Source: Escherichia coli O157:H7
GTDB taxonomy: Bacteria > Pseudomonadota > Gammaproteobacteria > Enterobacterales > Enterobacteriaceae
DNA length: 64,000 bases
Assembly (NCBI RefSeq): GCF_013167455.1
Contig: NZ_CP038328.1
Direction: 5' to 3' (one strand)
A model generated the notes under the pieces. That model was not told the DNA's origin. It did not search any database and saw only the letters and a program-made list of their open reading frames with translations. The position numbers and the translations under genes are program-made. Shown piece after piece: positions 35,802 to 51,300 of the stretch. The stretch's first letter is position 1, and each line of letters opens with the position of its first letter.

Positions 35802-37082
35802 TTAGATCAGGTAATCGATCAACGCCGGTTCTTGTTTACAGAGGCGACGCCAGTCAACGATCGGCATACGAACTTGCAGACTTACGCTGCCGTCCTCCTC
35901 CATCCACTCTTTTTCTATTGCCTGAAGCTGATAAAAACGACTTCTCAGACGCCCTTCCTGCGGTGGCAGACGCAATGTATGCTGCGCCACCTCGCCGGAA
36001 AGCCGCTCCGTCAAAGCCTGAAAAAGCTGTGGTATCCCCGCTCCGGTCTGTGCGGAAAGCCAGACACGGATCGGTTTGTTCTCTTCGTCCCGATCAATAC
36101 GCGGTTCGAAATCTTCCAGCATATCGATCTTGTTCATCACCAGCAGGGTTGGGATCTCGTGAGCGTCGATCTCTTCAAGAACCGTATTCACCGCTTCGAT
36201 GTTTTCTTGTACACGCACATCCGCCGCATCAATCACATGCAGCAGCAATGTGGCTTGCCGCGTCTCTTGTAACGTGGCTTTAAATGCTGCCACCAGATCG
36301 TGCGGCAGGTGGCGAATAAACCCTACGGTATCTGCAAGTACGGTTTCACCGACATCTGCAACGTCAATACGCCGCAACGTCGGGTCGAGGGTGGCAAACA
36401 ACTGGTCTGCCGCGTAGACCCGCGCTTCGGTGATGCGATTGAAAAGGGTAGATTTACCGGCGTTGGTATATCCCACCAGCGAAACAGTAGGAACGTCGGC
36501 TTTGATACGCGATTGCCGCCCCTGCTCACGCTGCTTTTCAACTCTTTCCAGGCGCGACTGTATCTGCACGATGCGATTACGCAACAAACGACGGTCGGTT
36601 TCGAGCTGGGTTTCACCCGGACCACGCAAACCAATCCCGCCTTTCTGTCTTTCAAGGTGGGTCCAGCCACGCACCAGGCGTGTAGCCAGATGGCGCAGCT
36701 GCGCCAGCTCAACCTGCAACTTACCCTCATGGGTACGCGCACGTTGGGCGAAAATATCTAAAATAAGGCCGGTGCGGTCGATAACACGACACTCGCACAA
36801 ACGCTCCAGGTTACGCTCTTGCGCCGGGCTCAGGGCATGGTCAAAAAGAACGACCGAAGCACCCGTCGCTTTGACAGCTTCCGCAATTTCAACTGCTTTA
36901 CCTTCACCTACAAAATACTTTGGGTGCGGCGCTTTACGGCTACCGGTAATCACCTGCAATGCTTCGACACCGGCGGAAGAGACCAGAGATTCAAACTCCT
37001 GGAGGTCTTCCATATCTTTGTCTTGCGTAAAATAGATGTGTACCAGTACCGCCTGCTCACCAGCATCATAACGGTCAAACAA
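35802..37082 (-). CDS. hflX: GTPase HflX (426 aa)
   Basis: G1 motif GYTNAGKST and other G-domain motifs. Confidence 0.9.
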   Translation of the reverse strand: MFDRYDAGEQAVLVHIYFTQDKDMEDLQEFESLVSSAGVEALQVITGSRKAPHPKYFVGEGKAVEIAEAVKATGASVVLFDHALSPAQERNLERLCECRVIDRTGLILDIFAQRARTHEGKLQVELAQLRHLATRLVRGWTHLERQKGGIGLRGPGETQLETDRRLLRNRIVQIQSRLERVEKQREQGRQSRIKADVPTVSLVGYTNAGKSTLFNRITEARVYAADQLFATLDPTLRRIDVADVGETVLADTVGFIRHLPHDLVAAFKATLQETRQATLLLHVIDAADVRVQENIEAVNTVLEEIDAHEIPTLLVMNKIDMLEDFEPRIDRDEENKPIRVWLSAQTGAGIPQLFQALTERLSGEVAQHTLRLPPQEGRLRSRFYQLQAIEKEWMEEDGSVSLQVRMPIVDWRRLCKQEPALIDYLI

Positions 37083-37158
37083 GCGTATAACCCTCTAAAT
37101 AGATCAGCGGGGAACGCAGGATCGCTGGCTCCCCGTGTAAAAAAAACAGCCCGAAACC

Positions 37159-37479
<321 letters not shown>

Positions 37480-37552
37480 TTATATGCTTATTTGTACTTT
37501 GAACCTTTCGATTCTGAAAAAATTGCGCACGATACGTCTCAATTGTACACAT

Positions 37553-38503
37553 TCAGCCTGCGATAGCACCAACAACCTGTAATACTTCGTCACGCGCCTG
37601 TTCTGGTTTTTCACTGTCAAGCCAGTGAACCCCTTCCCAACCACGCAGCCAGGTTATCTGCCGCTTCGCCAACTGTCTCGTGGCGCAAACACCTCGATAA
37701 ACCATTTCATCGTATGAGATTTCGCCTCCAAGGTAAGACCACATCTGGCGATAACCCACGCAACGAATGGAAGGCAAGTCCGTATGCAAATCTCCTCGGG
37801 CAAAAAGCGCCCGGACTTCTGCTTCAAAACCTGAAGCCAACATCTGATGAAAACGCTGCTCAATTCGTTGATGGAGCAGTTCACGGCTCGCCGGGGCGAT
37901 GGCGAACTGATGCACCTGATACGGTAGAGCGTCTCCTGACGTTTGCGTCAGTTCCGTTAAAGTTTTACCCGAAATGAAAAAAACTTCCAGTGCCCGGGAA
38001 AGCCTTTGTGGATCATTTGGATGAATCCTTGCTGCCGCAACCGGATCGATCTCCTGAAGTTGACGATGCAATGACTCCCAACCTTGCTCTGCCGCCTGTT
38101 GCTCAATTCTGGCCCGTACTTCCGGGTCTGCCGACGGTAGCGGCGACAACCCTTCCAGCAATGCCTTGAAATACAACATCGTACCGCCCACTAACAGTGG
38201 GATCCGCCCCGCCGCGGTGATATCGGCCATTTCCGCCAGCGCATCGCGGCGAAAATCAGCAGCCGAGTAAGCCTGCGACGGATCGCGAATATCCAGCAAT
38301 CGGTGCGGCGCGGCGAGTAACTCTTCAGCGTTCGGCTTCGCCGTCCCGATATCCATCCCTTTGTAAATAAGGGCAGAATCAACGCTTATCAACTCTACTG
38401 GTAAAATTTTACGCAGCTCAATGGCTAACGCCGTTTTACCGGAGGCCGTCGGCCCCATCAAAAAAATCGCCTTAGGCAGGCTCGCCTTACTGATATCACT
38501 CAT
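37553..38503 (-). CDS. miaA: tRNA dimethylallyltransferase (316 aa)
   Basis: P-loop GPTASGKT; overlaps the mutL 3' end. Confidence 0.9.
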   Translation of the reverse strand: MSDISKASLPKAIFLMGPTASGKTALAIELRKILPVELISVDSALIYKGMDIGTAKPNAEELLAAPHRLLDIRDPSQAYSAADFRRDALAEMADITAAGRIPLLVGGTMLYFKALLEGLSPLPSADPEVRARIEQQAAEQGWESLHRQLQEIDPVAAARIHPNDPQRLSRALEVFFISGKTLTELTQTSGDALPYQVHQFAIAPASRELLHQRIEQRFHQMLASGFEAEVRALFARGDLHTDLPSIRCVGYRQMWSYLGGEISYDEMVYRGVCATRQLAKRQITWLRGWEGVHWLDSEKPEQARDEVLQVVGAIAG

Positions 38504-40343
38504 CTTTCAGGGCTTTTATCGCCGGATGTAAATCAACAGATTGTAACAGACCACCCGGCGGCGTTTTCACAAGTTGCGGACATAACCGTTCCACGTCCGC
38601 CAGCAGGGTTATGGCCTGTGCCATTGACCACTGCGCATGTTCGCTCATCAGATTTCGTGCAATCCACTGCGCAATATTGCCAGGTTCGAATACGGACTGC
38701 TTCGCTAGGTAGCCTATCAGTTCAGGAATCAAGATTTGTAAATTTTGTTGGCGTAAGGGTAAAGGCACGGCCCTGATGGTCACATGCTGTGCATCTGACT
38801 GGAAATCAATACCCAATTCCGCCAGGGCAGACTGCGCTTTTTCTAATGCCGATTTTTCTTCGCCAGAAACTTTTAGCCGCAACGGAATCAGCAACGGCTG
38901 GGCGCAAACGGGCGCTTCACCCGGCGTCAGTTGTACCTGACGCAGCCAACGTTCTGCCACTGGCAAGGCTAAAAGTGAAATGTTGCCGTCGCGCTCCAGC
39001 AACGCACAGTCGGAATGGACGATAGTCAGTACCCGACCAAAACTCTGACTGTTCGCCGCAAGTGCAGGTTCCTGCGGTTCCGGCGCTTTTGGTTTTTGCA
39101 TCGGCGCGGGCGTTTGCAAAAGCTGGCGATACACTTCACCTTGCTGTTTCTGGTAACCTGGCTGCGCATTCGGCCAGGGGGCAGCCGGACGACTACCTGA
39201 TGCTGGCGCAGGAGTGTAGCGCGGAGCTACTGGCTCACGAACTGCCGGTTCAGCAAAGTGATTGCGCCCCGCCGCCACGCGGTTTTCCGGAATGGGACGC
39301 GGTGCAGGTTGGGGTTCATCGTCCAGCGGTAGCGGCGTTTCCAGTTGCTGTTGTAGCACGCTCAGCACGCCCTGATAGATAAAGTCATGCACCAGACGCG
39401 ACTGATGAAAACGCACTTCGTGTTTGGCGGGGTGCACGTTGACGTCCACCTGATGCGGGTCGATCTCCAGATACAACACAAATGCAGGTTGCTGATCGGC
39501 CCCCAGTTTGTCTTCACAGGCCTGGCGGATCGCGTGATTGATCAGGCGATCGCGCATCATGCGACCATTCACGTAGCAATACTGAATTTCCGCCAGTGCG
39601 GGCGTGGTGTGATTTGGATCGGCCACCCAGCCGCGCAGCGTGAGATCGCCGTGTTGCCATTCAATCGCCAGCGCTTGTTCGAGAAAAGCGGTGCCACAAA
39701 TCGCGCCTAAGCGCCGTTCTTTTTGCCCGCCTTCCGGCACCGCGCGGTACTGGCGTACGATTTTGCCGTTATGCGACAGGTTGATCGTGACGTCGAAACG
39801 CGCCAGTGCGATGCGGCGGATGATTTCATCGATATGGTTAAATTCGGTTTTCTCGGTGCGCAGGAATTTGCGCCGCGCCGGGGTGTTGTAGAACAGGTCC
39901 AGTACCTCCAGCGTCGTTCCCACCGGATGCGCCGCCGGTTTAACCGTCACGTCCATATCGCGCCCTTCGGCATAGGCCTGCCAGGCTTCCTGCTGTTCTG
40001 CGGTGCGTGAAGTGAGCGTCAGGCGGGAAACCGAACTGATACTCGCCAGCGCCTCACCGCGAAAGCCCAGGCTGATAATGGCTTCGAGATCGTCCAGAGA
40101 GGCGATTTTACTGGTGGCATGACGCGCCAGCGCCAGCGCCAGCTCGTCTTTTTTGATACCACAGCCGTTATCACGAATGCGGATAAGTTTCGCCCCACCG
40201 CGTTCGATATCAATATCGATACGCGTCGCACCTGCATCGAGGCTGTTTTCCACCAGTTCTTTGACTACCGACGCAGGTCGCTCGACCACCTCACCTGCGG
40301 CAATCTGGTTCGCCAGTTGTGGCGGTAAGACCTGAATTGGCAT
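38496..40343 (-). CDS. mutL: DNA mismatch repair protein MutL (615 aa)
   Basis: GHKL ATPase N-terminus ([38 protein letters not shown]). Confidence 0.9.
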   Translation of the reverse strand: MPIQVLPPQLANQIAAGEVVERPASVVKELVENSLDAGATRIDIDIERGGAKLIRIRDNGCGIKKDELALALARHATSKIASLDDLEAIISLGFRGEALASISSVSRLTLTSRTAEQQEAWQAYAEGRDMDVTVKPAAHPVGTTLEVLDLFYNTPARRKFLRTEKTEFNHIDEIIRRIALARFDVTINLSHNGKIVRQYRAVPEGGQKERRLGAICGTAFLEQALAIEWQHGDLTLRGWVADPNHTTPALAEIQYCYVNGRMMRDRLINHAIRQACEDKLGADQQPAFVLYLEIDPHQVDVNVHPAKHEVRFHQSRLVHDFIYQGVLSVLQQQLETPLPLDDEPQPAPRPIPENRVAAGRNHFAEPAVREPVAPRYTPAPASGSRPAAPWPNAQPGYQKQQGEVYRQLLQTPAPMQKPKAPEPQEPALAANSQSFGRVLTIVHSDCALLERDGNISLLALPVAERWLRQVQLTPGEAPVCAQPLLIPLRLKVSGEEKSALEKAQSALAELGIDFQSDAQHVTIRAVPLPLRQQNLQILIPELIGYLAKQSVFEPGNIAQWIARNLMSEHAQWSMAQAITLLADVERLCPQLVKTPPGGLLQSVDLHPAIKALKDE

Positions 40344-40352
40344 CAATCGTCC

Positions 40353-41690
40353 TTAGTTTGGCAGCGTGCGATCTGGCGTCGTCACCGTACTGGCAGTTTG
40401 TGCCGTTGCACCCTGCGGCGCAGATTGCATCGGATGCGCAAGGAAATAATTGCGCAGGCCTTTGTAAATGGCTTCTGCCAGCTGTTGTTGGTAATCGTCG
40501 CTCGCCAGCAAACGTTCTTCGCTGTTGTTGCTGATAAAACCGGTTTCGACCAGTACTGATGGGATATCCGGCGAGCGCAGAACGCCAAGGCTGGCGTGTT
40601 CTGGTCGACGTTTATGTATTTCGCCAATGCGTTGCAACTGACTGATCATACTGGTCGCTACATCATACCCTACCCGCTGGGAATGACCGAACTGTAAATC
40701 CAGCACCGCCTGGCTTAAATAGGGGTCAGACTGACTGTTCGCCAGCACATCACCCGCCCCGCCCAGCAGCTCCGACTGTTTCTCGTGCTGCTCCAGCCAG
40801 CTGGCCATTTCGCTGTTGGCGCGACGGTTAGAGAGCACCCATACGGAAGCGCCAGTCGCACTGCGGTTCGGTGCGGCATCAGCGTGAATCGACACGAGGA
40901 AATTGGCGTTTTGCTTACGTGCCACATCGCTGCGCCCCATCACCGAGATAAAGTAATCCCCGTCACGGGTTAAAACGCCTTTAAACATCGGATCGTCATT
41001 GAGCAAAGTACGCAATTTACGCGCGATGGCGATGGTGACATTTTTCTCCCGCGTACCACCGGGGCCGATAGCGCCAGGGTCCTGACCGCCGTGTCCGGCA
41101 TCAATAGCGATGATAATTTTATCGCCATTGTTAGCCGTCGCGCGCGCTGCCGGACGCGTTACCGTATTACTGCTGATAACACCCGTAGTGCGGTTACTTT
41201 CCGTTTTAAACGGATTGCGCGCCGGTTCGCTGACGCGCGGTGCGACAACCGTAGGCGTTTCAACGCGTTTCACAACCACAGGCGGCGGAGGAGGCGGTGG
41301 CGGCGCATCGGCGTTAATCGTAAAGACGACAGTGTAATTGCTGCCATTCTGCCGCTTCACCGCTTCGGTTTTACCATTTTCGGTAAGATCGACCACCAGC
41401 CGTAGCGTTTGTGCATCTTTAGGCGTTCCGGAGCGAATCGCCTTCACCAGATTATTACCGCTGAACAACAACGGCAGTCCCTGAATCACGCCCGTTTGTT
41501 TGATATCGAGCGCCACGGTGCGTTTGCTTTGATGGCTAAACGCATAATCAGGATCGCCAATAAAACTCAACGTTATCCGCGCCTGTTGGTTGCCGTTAGA
41601 AACCTGAATATCAGAGAGCGTCGCGGCACCCACCTGCGCGCACAGCAGCAGCAACGTCGCTACCAACCAATTTCTGATGCGATACATCAT
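40353..41690 (-). CDS. amiB: N-acetylmuramoyl-L-alanine amidase AmiB (445 aa)
   Basis: ORF 40353..41705; start at MMYRIRNWL; signal peptide, poly-Pro linker, Amidase_3 domain. Confidence 0.85.
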   Translation of the reverse strand: MMYRIRNWLVATLLLLCAQVGAATLSDIQVSNGNQQARITLSFIGDPDYAFSHQSKRTVALDIKQTGVIQGLPLLFSGNNLVKAIRSGTPKDAQTLRLVVDLTENGKTEAVKRQNGSNYTVVFTINADAPPPPPPPPVVVKRVETPTVVAPRVSEPARNPFKTESNRTTGVISSNTVTRPAARATANNGDKIIIAIDAGHGGQDPGAIGPGGTREKNVTIAIARKLRTLLNDDPMFKGVLTRDGDYFISVMGRSDVARKQNANFLVSIHADAAPNRSATGASVWVLSNRRANSEMASWLEQHEKQSELLGGAGDVLANSQSDPYLSQAVLDLQFGHSQRVGYDVATSMISQLQRIGEIHKRRPEHASLGVLRSPDIPSVLVETGFISNNSEERLLASDDYQQQLAEAIYKGLRNYFLAHPMQSAPQGATAQTASTVTTPDRTLPN

Positions 41691-41708
41691 CCCACCACCT
41701 TTCAAAGG

Positions 41709-43687
<1,979 letters not shown>

Positions 43688-43689
<2 letters not shown>

Positions 43690-44827
43690 GTCAGAGCCCC
43701 TCGATCTCAATCAGTTAGCGCAAAAAATTAAACAGTGGGGGCTGGAACTGGGCTTTCAGCAGGTAGGTATTACCGATACCGATCTCAGCGAGTCCGAGCC
43801 CAAACTGCAAGCATGGCTGGACAAACAATACCACGGCGAAATGGACTGGATGGCACGTCACGGTATGCTGCGCGCTCGCCCCCATGAGTTATTGCCCGGT
43901 ACGCTGCGCGTGATCAGCGTGCGGATGAATTACCTTCCTGCTAACGCCGCATTTGCCAGCACGCTGAAAAACCCCAAACTCGGCTATGTTAGCCGTTATG
44001 CGCTGGGCCGTGACTATCACAAACTTCTGCGCAACCGACTCAAAAAGCTGGGCGAGATGATTCAGCAACATTGTGTTTCGCTGAATTTTAGACCGTTTGT
44101 CGATTCTGCGCCTATTCTCGAGCGCCCGTTAGCTGAAAAAGCTGGGCTCGGCTGGACAGGTAAGCACTCACTTATCCTCAATCGCGAGGCCGGTTCGTTC
44201 TTCTTTTTAGGCGAATTGCTGGTCGATATTCCGCTGCCCGTGGATCAACCAGTCGAGGAAGGATGCGGCAAATGCGTGGCCTGTATGACGATTTGCCCGA
44301 CCGGTGCCATCGTCGAGCCATATACCGTCGATGCTCGCCGCTGTATCTCTTATCTCACCATCGAACTGGAAGGGGCGATCCCGGAAGAGTTGCGACCGTT
44401 AATGGGAAACCGTATTTACGGTTGCGATGACTGCCAGCTTATCTGCCCGTGGAATCGCTATTCACAACTCACTACAGAAGACGATTTCAGCCCGCGTAAG
44501 CCGCTACACGCACCGGAACTCATTGAGTTATTCGCCTGGAGCGAAGAGAAGTTTTTAAAAGTCACGGAAGGTTCGGCGATTCGCCGTATAGGTCACCTGC
44601 GCTGGCTGCGTAATATCGCCGTGGCATTAGGCAATGCGCCCTGGGATGAAACGATTCTGGCGGCGCTCGAGAGTCGCAAAGGTGAGCACCCACTTCTTGA
44701 TGAGCACATAGCGTGGGCGATGGCGCAGCAAATCGAGAGGCGAAATGCGTGCATAGTCGAAGTGCAATTGCCGAAAAAACAGCGTCTGGTTCGGGTAATT
44801 GAAAAAGGGTTACCGCGTGACGCCTGA
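43688..44827 (+). CDS. queG: epoxyqueuosine reductase QueG (379 aa)
   Basis: ORF 43580..44827; start at MSEPLDLNQ; 4Fe-4S Cys motifs (CGKCVACMTICPTGA, CDDCQLICPWN). Confidence 0.8.
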
Positions 44828-45039
44828 TTCATCCACAGCTTGTGAATAAAAATAAAAACGCATTGCAATTCAAGACGAATAAAATCGTCAAGTGATCGAC
44901 TCGACAAAACGAAATCTTAATTTTTAAATTATCTATCAATAGGTTAAAAAAATACTATTCACCGTGCGAAGTTTCTTTGAAATTAAGATTACGGCCTGAG
45001 GCTGTGGATAACTCTGTTTACAAGAGTTTGTCAGAGACA

Positions 45040-45075
45040 ACAAAAACCAGCAATAACGCATCGCGTCGCTGTGGA
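45040..45075 (-). terminator. putative intrinsic terminator of the glyVXY tRNA operon
   Basis: On the minus strand a stem-loop (cagcgacgc...gcgttattgctg) is followed by TTTTT. Confidence 0.45.
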
Positions 45076-45096
45076 TATTTTATTGAGAGAAGAATT

Positions 45097-45172
<76 letters not shown>

Positions 45173-45207
45173 TTGGGTGGTCTGTGCCTTACAGCACTTT
45201 CAAATTT

Positions 45208-45283
<76 letters not shown>

Positions 45284-45319
45284 TTGGGTGGTCTGTGCTT
45301 TGCAGCACTTTTCAAATTT

Positions 45320-45395
<76 letters not shown>

Positions 45396-45443
45396 GTACT
45401 ACTTAATTTTGCTTTCGTAATTTTCGCATTTCTGCGTCGTTAC

Positions 45444-45500
45444 GGGAGGCGCATTATACGAGAAATCTTTCCCTCTGCAACCCCCCTAAAAATTTTTTTT
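45444..45500 (-). promoter_or_regulatory. candidate sigma70 promoter of the glyVXY operon with upstream A/T tract
   Basis: On the minus strand TTGCAG (45479-45474), 16-nt spacer, TATAAT (45457-45452), GC-rich discriminator gcgcctcc, and an upstream A9T5 run. Confidence 0.55.
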
Positions 45501-45605
45501 TGAGTTTTTATCTCAAGTGCTGAAATTATCAGCAAGACGTTCAATTTAGCGTCAAAATCACGCCGCCGCAAGTGGATTCCGGCGCTTACGTGACCAGCAA
45601 AAATT

Positions 45606-46151
45606 TTACAGCTTGATAAAATGCTCGCGGTAGTAAGCCAGCTCCGCCACCGATTCACGGATATCATCCATCGCCTGATGCGTCCCCTGTTTGGTAAAAC
45701 CATCAAGAATTTCCGGCTTCCAGCGGCGCGCCAGCTCTTTCAGGGTGCTGACATCGAGATAACGGTAGTGGAAGTAGGCTTCCAGCTCCGGCATGTATTT
45801 AAACAGGAAGCGACGATCCTGACCGATGCTGTTACCGCAAATCGGCGATTTACCCGCAGGCACCCACTGTTTTAAAAATTCGAGCGTTGCCAGTTCAGCT
45901 TCACGATCGCCCATCGTGCTCGCTTTCACGCGCTCCACCAGCCCGCTGGCGGTATGGGTGCGCACGTTCCAGCCATCCATCAGCGCCAGCTGTTCATCGG
46001 ACTGATGTACTGCAATGGTCGGCCCTTCTGCCAGAATATTCAGATTGGCATCGGTCACCAGCGTGGCAATCTCAATAATGCGATCGCGCTCGGGATCCAG
46101 ACCGGTCATCTCAAGATCGATCCAAATCAGGTTGTTTTCATTGGCACTCAT
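45606..46151 (-). CDS. orn: oligoribonuclease, DEDDh exonuclease (181 aa)
   Basis: ORF 45606..46295; start at [23 protein letters not shown]. Confidence 0.9.
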   Translation of the reverse strand: MSANENNLIWIDLEMTGLDPERDRIIEIATLVTDANLNILAEGPTIAVHQSDEQLALMDGWNVRTHTASGLVERVKASTMGDREAELATLEFLKQWVPAGKSPICGNSIGQDRRFLFKYMPELEAYFHYRYLDVSTLKELARRWKPEILDGFTKQGTHQAMDDIRESVAELAYYREHFIKL

Positions 46152-46244
46152 GCTATTTTCCACCCATTCACAGTGACTATATTGATCCACAATTGCGTGT
46201 ATCATAGATGTTTTGCCCATCAGGGGCGACCAGGAGTCAGTACG

Positions 46245-47298
46245 ATTGAGTAAAAATAAACTCTCCAAAGGCCAGCAGCGCCGCGTGAACGCCAATCACC
46301 AGCGTCGTCTTAAAACGTCTAAGGAGAAGCCCGACTACGACGACAATCTGTTTGGCGAGCCTGATGAAGGTATCGTCATCAGCCGCTTTGGTATGCACGC
46401 TGATGTGGAATCCGCCGATGGCGACGTTCACCGCTGCAATATTCGCCGTACCATCCGTTCGCTGGTGACCGGCGACCGCGTAGTCTGGCGTCCGGGTAAA
46501 CCGGCGGCGGAAGGCGTAAATGTCAAAGGGATCGTGGAAGCGGTGCATGAGCGCACCTCAGTGTTGACGCGTCCGGATTTCTACGACGGCGTGAAACCTA
46601 TTGCCGCCAACATCGACCAGATTGTCATTGTCTCCGCCATTTTGCCGGAGCTGTCGCTCAATATTATCGACCGTTACCTGGTGGCCTGCGAAACCTTGCA
46701 GATTGAGCCGATTATTGTGCTCAACAAGATAGACCTGCTGGACGACGAAGGCATGGCGTTCGTCAACGAACAGATGGATATCTACCGCAATATCGGTTAT
46801 CGCGTATTGATGGTTTCCAGCCATACTCAGGATGGGCTAAAACCGCTGGAAGAGGCGTTGACCGGGCGCATCAGCATTTTTGCCGGGCAGTCTGGCGTCG
46901 GCAAATCCAGCCTGCTGAACGCGTTGCTGGGGCTGCAAAAAGAGATCCTGACCAACGATGTCTCTGACAACTCGGGGCTTGGTCAGCACACCACGACCGC
47001 CGCACGCCTGTATCACTTCCCGCACGGCGGTGATGTGATTGATTCCCCTGGTGTGCGTGAGTTCGGCCTCTGGCACCTGGAGCCGGAACAAATCACTCAG
47101 GGCTTTGTCGAATTCCATGACTATTTAGGTCTGTGTAAATATCGCGATTGCAAACACGATACCGATCCGGGCTGCGCTATCCGGGAAGCGGTTGAGGAAG
47201 GAAAAATCGCGGAAACCCGTTTCGAAAACTATCACCGTATTCTGGAAAGCATGGCGCAGGTAAAAACGCGTAAAAACTTTTCTGATACGGATGACTGA
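46245..47298 (+). CDS. rsgA: ribosome small-subunit biogenesis GTPase RsgA (TTG start inferred)
   Basis: ORF 46213..47298; N-terminus [14 protein letters not shown] if TTG start; G-motifs and C-terminal zinc-binding Cys cluster. Confidence 0.85.
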
Positions 47299-47395
47299 CA
47301 ATTAAGCTAACCGTCGTTAGAATCGTCCCCCTTTTTTTCAGGATCCGGCATTTAGGCCGGATCAGGAACGACAAAACAATGGCCTGGAGGCTACC

Positions 47396-48364
47396 TTGTT
47401 AAATTCATTTAAACTTTCGCTACAGTACATTCTGCCGAAACTATGGCTTACTCGCCTGGCGGGTTGGGGCGCAAGCAAGCGGGCAGGATGGCTGACAAAA
47501 CTGGTTATCGATCTGTTCGTTAAATACTACAAGGTCGACATGAAAGAGGCGCAAAAGCCGGACACCGCCAGCTACCGCACCTTTAACGAATTCTTTGTCC
47601 GTCCGCTGCGTGACGAAGTACGCCCAATCGATACCGATCCGAATGTCCTGGTCATGCCTGCCGATGGCGTTATCAGCCAGTTGGGTAAAATCGAAGAAGA
47701 TAAAATCCTGCAAGCCAAAGGCCACAACTACAGCCTCGAAGCCCTGCTGGCAGGCAACTATCTGATGGCGGACCTGTTCCGCAACGGTACGTTTGTGACC
47801 ACTTACCTCTCCCCGCGTGACTACCACCGCGTACACATGCCGTGCAACGGTATTCTGCGTGAGATGATCTACGTGCCGGGCGATCTCTTCTCCGTTAACC
47901 ATCTCACGGCTCAGAACGTGCCGAATCTGTTTGCCCGTAACGAACGCGTGATCTGCCTGTTCGATACCGAATTTGGCCCAATGGCGCAGATTCTGGTCGG
48001 GGCGACGATTGTAGGCAGCATTGAGACGGTCTGGGCGGGCACCATTACGCCGCCGCGCGAAGGCATCATCAAGCGCTGGACCTGGCCTGCCGGGGAAAAC
48101 GACGGTTCTGTGGCGCTGCTGAAAGGCCAGGAAATGGGTCGCTTTAAACTTGGCTCTACCGTTATCAACCTGTTTGCACCGGGTAAAGTGAATCTGGTTG
48201 AGCAACTGGAAAGCCTGTCTGTCACGAAAATTGGCCAGCCGCTGGCAGTATCTACCGAAACCTTTGTTACGCCAGACGCTGAACCCGCCCCGCTTCCTGC
48301 TGAAGAGATCGAAGCAGAACACGACGCCAGCCCATTGGTTGACGATAAAAAAGACCAGGTCTAA
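47396..48364 (+). CDS. psd: phosphatidylserine decarboxylase proenzyme (322 aa)
   Basis: LGST self-cleavage motif ([11 protein letters not shown]) near the C-terminus. Confidence 0.9.
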
Positions 48365-48385
48365 TCCATCAAAGGAAACGCTGAC

Positions 48386-51300
48386 GTGCGCCTGATTATC
48401 ACTTTTCTGATGGCCTGGTGCCTCAGTTGGGGGGCGTACGCCGCGACGGCCCCCGATAGCAAACAAATCACCCAGGAACTGGAGCAGGCAAAAGCGGCGA
48501 AACCCGCGCAGCCAGAAGTCGTAGAGGCACTCCAGTCTGCCTTAAATGCGCTTGAGGAACGAAAAGGTTCCCTTGAGCGCATCAAGCAATATCAAGAAGT
48601 CATTGATAATTATCCGAAACTCTCCGCTACTCTGCGCGCACAATTAAACAACATGCGTGACGAGCCGCGCAGCGTGTCGCCGGGGATGTCTACCGACGCG
48701 CTGAATCAGGAAATTCTCCAGGTCAGCAGTCAGTTGCTGGATAAAAGCCGTCAGGCCCAGCAAGAGCAGGAGCGCGCCCGCGAGATTGCCGATTCGCTGA
48801 ATCAACTGCCGCAACAGCAAACCGACGCCCGCCGTCAGTTAAATGAGATCGAGCGCCGCCTGGGGACGCTTACCGGCAATACTCCGCTCAATCAGGCACA
48901 AAATTTCGCGTTGCAGTCTGACTCTGCACGTCTTAAGGCGCTCGTTGATGAACTGGAGCTGGCGCAGCTGTCTGCCAATAACCGCCAGGAATTAGCGCGC
49001 TTGCGCTCTGAGCTGGCTGAAAAAGAGAGCCAGCAACTGGATGCGTATTTGCAGGCCTTGCGTAATCAATTGAACAGCCAACGCCAGCTTGAGGCAGAGC
49101 GGGCGCTGGAAAGTACCGAATTACTAGCAGAAAACAGTGCCGATTTGCCGAAAGATATCGTCGCGCAATTCAAAATTAACCGCGAACTATCGGCGGCGCT
49201 GAATCAACAGGCGCAGCGGATGGATCTCGTTGCCTCGCAACAGCGTCAGGCTGCCAGCCAGACGTTACAGGTCCGGCAGGCGTTGAATACGCTGCGTGAA
49301 CAGTCGCAATGGCTGGGATCGTCCAATCTGCTCGGTGAAGCGTTGCGGGCGCAGGTGGCACGGCTGCCGGAAATGCCGAAACCACAACAGCTTGATACCG
49401 AAATGGCGCAGTTGCGTGTGCAACGGTTACGTTATGAGGATCTGCTTAATAAACAGCCGCTGCTACGGCAAATTCATCAGGCCGACGGTCAGCCGCTGAC
49501 CGCTGAGCAAAACCGTATTCTGGAAGCACAGCTACGCACTCAGCGTGAGTTGCTGAACTCATTGTTGCAGGGTGGCGATACGCTACTGCTGGAACTGACC
49601 AAGCTGAAAGTCTCCAACGGGCAACTGGAAGATGCGCTGAAAGAAGTGAACGAAGCGACCCACCGCTATCTGTTCTGGACCTCTGACGTGCGCCCGATGA
49701 CCATCGCCTGGCCGCTGGAAATCGCCCAGGATCTGCGTCGTCTCATTTCGCTGGACACCTTCAGTCAGTTGGGCAAAGCCAGTGTGATGATGCTGACCAG
49801 CAAAGAGACGATTTTGCCGCTGTTTGGCGCGTTGATTCTGGTCGGTTGCAGTATTTACTCGCGCCGCTATTTCACCCGTTTTCTTGAACGTTCGGCGGCG
49901 AAAGTCGGCAAAGTGACTCAGGATCACTTCTGGCTGACGTTGCGCACTCTTTTCTGGTCGATTCTCGTCGCGTCACCGCTGCCGGTGCTGTGGATGACGC
50001 TGGGTTACGGCTTGCGCGAGGCGTGGCCTTATCCGCTGGCGGTCGCGATTGGTGATGGCGTCACAGCCACCGTGCCGCTGCTGTGGGTAGTGATGATTTG
50101 CGCTACCTTTGCCCGCCCGAACGGCTTGTTTATCGCTCATTTTGGCTGGCCGCGCGAACGTGTTTCTCGTGGGATGCGCTACTACCTGATGAGCATCGGG
50201 CTTATTGTGCCACTGATTATGGCGCTGATGATGTTCGATAACCTCGACGACCGCGAATTTTCCGGTTCGCTGGGACGGCTTTGCTTTATCCTCATTTGCG
50301 GTGCGCTGGCGGTGGTCACCCTCAGCCTGAAAAAGGCCGGGATCCCGCTGTATCTCAACAAAGAAGGCAGCGGCGACAATATTACCAACCATATGTTGTG
50401 GAACATGATGATTGGCGCGCCACTGGTTGCCATTCTGGCGTCGGCGGTGGGTTATCTGGCAACGGCACAGGCGCTGTTAGCGAGGCTTGAAACCTCGGTT
50501 GCCATCTGGTTCCTGCTACTGGTGGTTTATCACGTTATCCGCCGCTGGATGCTGATCCAACGACGCAGGCTGGCGTTTGACCGGGCGAAGCATCGCCGGG
50601 CAGAGATGTTAGCGCAACGTGCGCGTGGCGAAGAGGAAGCACATCATCACAGTAGCCCGGAAGGGGCAATTGAAGTCGATGAAAGCGAAGTCGATCTCGA
50701 TGCCATCAGTGCGCAGTCCTTGCGGCTAGTGCGCTCAATTTTGATGTTGATCGCCCTGCTTTCGGTCATTGTGCTGTGGTCAGAAATCCATTCCGCTTTC
50801 GGCTTCCTCGAAAATATTTCGCTGTGGGATGTCACCTCCACGGTACAGGGCGTAGAAAGTCTGGAGCCGATTACCCTCGGTGCGGTGCTGATTGCCATTC
50901 TGGTGTTTATCATCACCACGCAGCTGGTGCGCAATCTGCCCGCGCTGCTGGAACTGGCGATTTTGCAGCACCTGGATTTAACGCCGGGTACCGGCTACGC
51001 CATCACCACCATCACCAAATATCTGCTGATGCTGATTGGCGGGCTGGTCGGCTTCTCGATGATTGGTATTGAGTGGTCGAAATTGCAGTGGCTGGTCGCC
51101 GCGCTCGGTGTTGGTCTCGGTTTTGGTTTGCAGGAAATTTTCGCCAACTTTATCTCTGGCCTGATCATCCTGTTCGAAAAACCGATTCGCATTGGCGATA
51201 CGGTGACAATTCGCGATCTTACTGGTAGCGTGACGAAAATTAATACCCGCGCAACCACCATCAGCGACTGGGACCGTAAAGAGATAATCGTGCCGAACAA

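Noticed and set aside
40900-41300. GC-rich repetitive stretch encoding poly-Pro in amiB, considered as a possible frameshift or repeat-expansion site
   Set aside because: The reading frame is intact and the poly-Pro linker is a normal feature of this amidase family; no pure homopolymer at the DNA level
47441-48466. 341-aa minus-strand ORF
   Set aside because: Antisense to psd; shadow ORF
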